Below, one piece after another: positions 58,801 to 64,000 of a DNA stretch of 64,000 nt. Below the pieces are notes generated by a model. That model had not been told where the DNA came from and searched no databases. It saw nothing but the letters and a program-made list of their open reading frames with translations. The DNA is taken from contig OZ024760.1 of the NCBI GenBank assembly GCA_964016885.1, positions 20,398,001 to 20,462,000 of the forward strand, in the 5' to 3' direction. Every line of letters starts with the position of its first letter. Position 1 is the first letter of the stretch. Origin of the DNA: Eledone cirrhosa (taxonomy: Eukaryota). The position numbers were made by a program, and so were the translations under genes.

Positions 58801-60687
58801 GATGATACTGAAGATTTTCTATATATATGTATATATACACATATATATATATATAAACTGTCACTGACAATATAATCAACATAATATATATATAACTGAC
58901 AATATAAACATTTTTTTTAAATCCTGAATGAAAAGAAGAGAAAGTACCCCAAAGAGTAGAGAAAACCTTACCTTTTTGCTCTCCTTAAGTAGGCTTTTAT
59001 ATAATAATCATCTAACTCAACAGCTTTTGTACAGTCCTCAACTGATTCCTCTAATTTTTTCAACTAGAAAAAACAACAACAGATTTCTGTCTTAGATACA
59101 CCACCATGTTGAAATGATAAAATATAGAGATTATATAACTGATATTTAGTTACCTTTTACTTTGAAAGGGTTTGTGGCATCAAGAAACTATAAAAAATTG
59201 CTCCCCACAAAAAGGATTCAATAATGAGAATGAAGACTGCCATGCCCTTAAAATGCTTCTTTTACTCCATTTTTTTCCCCTTTCTTAAAATTTCCATGCC
59301 AACAGCCTGGGAGGTTCTACAAATGCCAAAGCTACTCCCCCACCCATATCATCTTGTCTACCAGCTCTGAAGAAACAACACACATTGCTTCCTATCTTTT
59401 CATGACATAACAATTTAACCCTTTTGATAGCAACCCAGCTAAGATTATAAAAAAATAAAACCAGCTAAAATTGGTTCAGGTTTTATGAAAAAAAAACCCC
59501 CAGCTATTTTATAAACATTCACATTTAATTTAAAATCTTCCAACAATTTTATATAAGAACCATATGTTAAATTACTATCTTGGAAATGAAATATTTTAAA
59601 TAACTCCACAAAATTCTACATTAATGAATTGAAATAGAGAGTAAGTATTTCATTGAATATACATCCGTGAAAGGGTTAAAAAAACAAAAAAACAATGACT
59701 ACTATGATGGTGGGTTCAATCAAATAATTAAAATATTTGAAACTTACCTTTGCACAGACAGTAGCTCGGTTAAAATACAACTTTGAGTTTGTGTATTTAT
59801 TGTGGGGATCAACTGAAAGAGCTTCTGTATATAGTTTGTAAGCATCTTCTAAATTGCCCATACGGAAAGCTTGGTTTCCTTCTTCCTTTTTATTCATCAT
59901 CATCTTGGCTTTCTGCAATAACAATAATAAGAAAAAGTTAATAAAATATATTAAATATATAAGGGACAGTTGCTTCAAAGAGGGCCCTGCTGGAAGGAGC
60001 ACATGAGGACTTTGCACCCTCTGACCCTCCCAGTCGGCAAAGAAGAAAGTATAACCTAACACAAAGACTGTAGCTATCTTCAGTCAGAATATATCAATAT
60101 CCTTTATTTAGCTCACACATATAAGACTGAACTGGTATGGACATATAGTGCATATGGGATGGTGTTGGGTGAAGTGGAAGGAAGCTGCAGTAGAATGAGG
60201 CCAAGCAAGACCTGGACAGAGGTTGTTGAGAGTTGATTTCAAATAACTGAATTTCAGTTAGGTTTGACAAAGGACTGCAACGAGTGGAGAGATGCTGTGC
60301 TGGGAAAGACCCGTCCAACACTAGTAAGCATGAAAAACAGGCATATGATGATGGTGATGATATTGGTGTTTGGTGTCTTGCTATAACTGTGATTGGTTCC
60401 TCATTCCTCATCCACTAATTTTACTGGTCCTTCTTCCCAGAACACCCACAAAATACTTCACCCTGTCCATCATCTCTGCTTCCATTTACCACAGATACTG
60501 ACCCAACGTGGTCAACAATCTAAAAGGCTATGTAAAGACTAAACTCCATTCCTGTCTCTATTAACTGATAAAAATCTAAAAGTTATTTCACCAGCCCCTG
60601 CCAAAGGTACAGGGTTAGGGTAGGAGAGAAGGTTTGTCTCTCTACGAAAATAACAGACCAGAAAATGTTTTGTGGTAAAATAAAACG

Positions 60688-60725
<38 letters not shown>

Positions 60726-61818
60726 ATTAAAATGGATAGGAAAATATATAAAAACCCACTTGCCTTGTAAATTTCTTTAGATTTTTGATGATCTGGAACC
60801 AACTTTAAGACTTGTTGGAAATGTTGGAATGCTTTTTCGGTGTAATCTTGGTAACAGAGACACAAGCCACGTACAAATAATGCATCTGCATTCATGTTGT
60901 CTCGTTGTAAGACATCACTGTAAAATACAGATTGTTGTAACAGATTGTGAATTATATAACAGAGTGAGGGAGAAATATAGAAGGAAAATGACTTAACATG
61001 ATGTGGAAAATAGAAAAACCGAAAGACAGTGGGGCTTTTTGGATCAACTTCAGTCTCCAGAGATTAAAGAAATATAAAATTAACAGGAAACAAACTCATG
61101 TTACAATGAGCTGACACAATTTAAGACCCTTTGATGAAACCCTGTCCCAAACCACATCTGGTCTTATTTATTAAACAGAAACACATTTTAAAGTTCTGAT
61201 TTAAATTAAAATCTCCCAACATAGTGTGAAGAAAGATCTCTGAAGTTGTGTTTCAAATATCTTAATGAAATTATTTTAGTAAACCCTTCAAAATTCTTCA
61301 TTAATTCTAATACAGTGGATTCCATGAGAATATGGTAACAAAAAGGATAAAACTAGATTTTAATTTAACCCTTTAGCATTTACATTATTCTATATTTACT
61401 ATTGTATTTTCACAGTAAAGGCTTTATCTTACATAATATTGAATGACAGATTTTGATGTTATTTATTTTGAGAACCTTAATGTAGGTATGAGGGGTCAGT
61501 TATGACCAGTTTGAACAGAAAGAGGAGAGAGAATTCTGGCCGGATATGGCTGATTTAAATAAGAATATTTTAAAACAGGTGGTTTTATTTATTGGAAAAA
61601 CAGAGTTTGGCCAAGTTGGTATCAAAATGTTTAAACTAGCCATCTGTTTCTCACTCACAAGGTAGATGGAAAAAAAAAAGAAAGAAAAGAAAAACTTACT
61701 TTGCCAGTTCCTGAGACTCTTGGAGTCGGCCCAACATAGCAAGAGCTTCAGCTTTCTTGATCTTAAATTTCAAACAATTTGGTGTTAAATTTAAGCATCT
61801 GTCGATATAAAATACTGC
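52857..61818 (-). CDS. DNAJC7: DnaJ homolog subfamily C member 7 (TPR2; TPR repeats + J domain), 3' portion; upstream exons not found in the window
   Basis: Exons 61818-61700, 60917-60764 (GC donor), 59912-59748, 59063-58972, 57708-57635, 55500-55354, 54181-54032, 52975-52857. TPR motifs (KEEGNQAF...YTEAL...[16 protein letters not shown]), J domain ([11 protein letters not shown]...HHPDRH...KFKEVGEAF), C-terminus FTFQFG* as in human DNAJC7. Confidence 0.95.
53630..53822. repeat. ~55-bp tandem repeat (~3.5 copies)
   Basis: AGTGGTTTCTGCCAACCAGCATATATATAG(TATAG)TGACCCTGTCTTCTCTGCTC. Confidence 0.9.
54185..54563. repeat. Purine-rich minisatellite forming the pyrimidine tract of a DNAJC7 acceptor
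   Basis: ACAGTGGTAGAGA(C/G)AGAAAGAGAGAC units, with GGAAGTAGGAGA matching the acceptor-proximal sequence. Confidence 0.9.
56310..56600 (-). mobile_element. RTE LINE 3'-end fragment
   Basis: Near-identical to 15000-15296 in reverse orientation. Confidence 0.85.
59415..59678. mobile_element. Second TTAA-flanked MITE family (degenerate related copy at ~61120-61350)
   Basis: TTAACCCTTTTGATA...GAAAGGGTTAA termini. Confidence 0.6.
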
Positions 61819-61964
61819 CTAGAATAAGAAAAGAAAAGAAGTTTTTGTTATCTGTTGGGTTAATGAAAACATTAGTGGTTGAAGTTAGGTTATTTTACAC
61901 CACATGAATGCACACAAGCACAAGTAGGTTGTGGCTGTGATTCTGAAAGTTCTGTAAGATAAGG

Positions 61965-62745
61965 TGCGTTTTAATTAATACCCCCCCCCCCCTTTTTTTT
62001 TCTCGGTGTGAATAAATTCTCTCTACATTTATTTTATATATCATCATCATCAATATATATATATTTATTAGATAGGGTGTGTTTTAATTAATACCCCCCC
62101 CCCTTTTTTTTTCTCGGTGTGAATAAATTCTCTCTACATTTATTTTATATATCATCATCATCAATATATATATATTTATTAGATAGGGTGTGTTTTAATT
62201 AATACCCCCCCCCCCCTTTTTTTTTTCTCGGTGTGAATAAATTCTCTCTACATTTATTTTATATATCATCATCAATATATATATATATTTATTAGATAGG
62301 GTGTGTTTTAATTAATACCCCCCCCTCTTTTTTTTCTCGGTGTGAATAAATTCTCTCTACATTTATTTTATATATCATCATCATCAATATATATATATTT
62401 ATTAGATAGGGTGTGTTTTAATTAATACCCCCCCCCCCCTTTTTTTTTCTCGGTGTGAATAAATTCTCTCTACATTTATTTTATATATCATCATCAATAT
62501 ATATATATTTATTAGATAGGGTGTGTTTTAATTAATACCCCCCCCTTTTTTTCTCGGTGTGAATAAATTCTCTCTACATTTATTTTATATATCATCATCA
62601 ATATATATATATTTATTAGATAGGGTGTGTTTTAATTAATACCCCCCCCCCCCCCCCTTTTTTTTCTCGGTGTGAATAAATTCTCTCTACATTTATTTTA
62701 TATATCATCATCATCAATATATATATATTTATTAGATAGGGTGTG
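61965..62745. repeat. ~112-bp tandem repeat (7 copies) with C/T homopolymers
   Basis: GGGTGTGTTTTAATTAATA(C)n(T)nCTCGGTGTGAATAAATTCTCTCTACATTTATTTTATATATCATCATCAATATATATATATTTATTAGATA. Confidence 0.95.
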
Positions 62746-62904
62746 GTAAAAACCAGCCAGACCATAACCCACCAGAGTACTCGGTACTTGGGGTAGTAGA
62801 GTGGGTAATAGGAAAAGATTCAGGACCCTGACAGCTAAGCTCCGGCCGTTTAGCTGTCGAAACAGCCGGAGCTCAGCTGTCGGGGTCCTGAATCTTTTCA
62901 CATA

Positions 62905-63590
62905 TCATCATCATCATCAGGTTTAGCGTCCGTGTTCCACGCTTGCATGGGTTTGGACGGGGGTTTTCCCACTTGAGGCAAGATTGGTTGTCTTGCTCGC
63001 ATAGGACTGTCTGGCGGGTTTTCTACAGCTGGATGCCCTTCCTAACACCAACCACATTTACAGTGTGGGGCTGGGAGGTTTTTACCGTGTTGCCTACACG
63101 GCCACATTTACAGCGTGGACTGTCTGGCGGGTTTTCTACAGCTGGATGCCCTTCCTAACACCAACCACATTTACAGTGTGGGGCTGGGAGGTTTTTACCG
63201 TGTTGCCTACACGGCCACATTTACAGCGTGGACTGTCTGGCGGGTTTTCTACAGCTGGATGCCCTTCCTAACACCAACCACATTTACAGTGTGGGGCTGG
63301 GAGGTTTTTACCGTGTTGCCTACACGGCCACATTGCAGCGTGGACTGTGTGTTTTTTTTGTCGTGACACCTACACGATCTCATTTGTTTCGGCCTGGATG
63401 TTGTGGGACCAACATAACTTTACATTGAAAGGGGCGGTGTAGAGGTGGTGGGACGGACGGGGGTTTGATAGAGATGCCTACTGACTGTAGTAGGTTTTTA
63501 CTTTGTATTTAGGTAAGGCGGGTCTTCTCTATTACTGAGTACCGCCAAAGGTCTCGGTCCAGTGACATTGTCTTGGAGAGGTGTAAGCGT
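62905..63590 (-). mobile_element. Composite SINE-tail/RTE element with internal ~113-bp triplication
   Basis: Matches 1878-2310; GGACTGTCTGGCGGG...TTACAGCGT repeated three times. Confidence 0.75.
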
Positions 63591-64000
63591 ACACAGACTG
63601 TTCGCTTTTTATGCGGAGATGCGTTCATGAACACACCGCATAAAACAAATTTACGCAATTCAATATTATATTTCTGATAAGTCCCACCCTTGCAAGCAGG
63701 GAAAAGCGGACGTAAAATAATGATGATGATGATAATTAATAAATAAAAAAAATTAAAAACCACACAATTCACGCAGAGTGAATATCTAATATTTTTTCAA
63801 GATGTGTTGAAAAAGACCCGCCCAACCCATGCACGGAAATAGGATGTAAAACTGAGACGATGATGTTGACAATATAGTTGTGTTCACATGTCAGAAATAA
63901 CTTGTTTCATGAATTATAGAGAATTAAGCAAGTACTCAAAATGATAAATGAAGTTATTGTTATTAAGGTAAACACTATCTTACTTCCCCCAAGTACCTAC

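Noticed and set aside
63975-64000. Donor-like GAA|GTAAGA on minus at the window end as the next DNAJC7 exon
   Set aside because: Too little sequence, and the translation does not resemble the expected upstream DNAJC7 segment.

Overview
AT-rich, microsatellite- and SINE-dense animal genomic DNA. The repeat content resembles an octopod cephalopod (inference). Four intron-containing protein-coding genes were reconstructed by hand from splice signals and recalled homology. SSNA1/NA14 (minus, 3 exons, 3475-7995) lies head-to-head with DHX16/Prp2 (plus, 22 exons, 8584-32480, ~1050 aa). DHX16 converges on adenylate kinase 8 (AK8; minus, 10 exons, 34674-50260, ~489 aa). The 3' part of DNAJC7 follows (minus, 8 exons seen, 52857-61818, including a GC-AG intron). 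Introns hold tRNA-derived SINEs, RTE and CR1/L2 LINE fragments, TTAA-flanked piggyBac-like MITEs and many mini/microsatellites. Almost all long ORFs in the supplied track are repeat artefacts. Most notable observations: (1) a 104-bp tandem repeat that multiplies an RFX X-box about 8-fold just upstream of the ciliary gene AK8; (2) repeated tandem duplications anchored exactly on splice junctions, giving arrays of decoy donors and acceptors; (3) short palindromic elements in (TA)n tracts carrying hammerhead-ribozyme motifs (Penelope/retrozyme-like); (4) a long inverted repeat just after the DHX16 stop codon. No computation or database search was run; homology calls rest on recalled family sequences.
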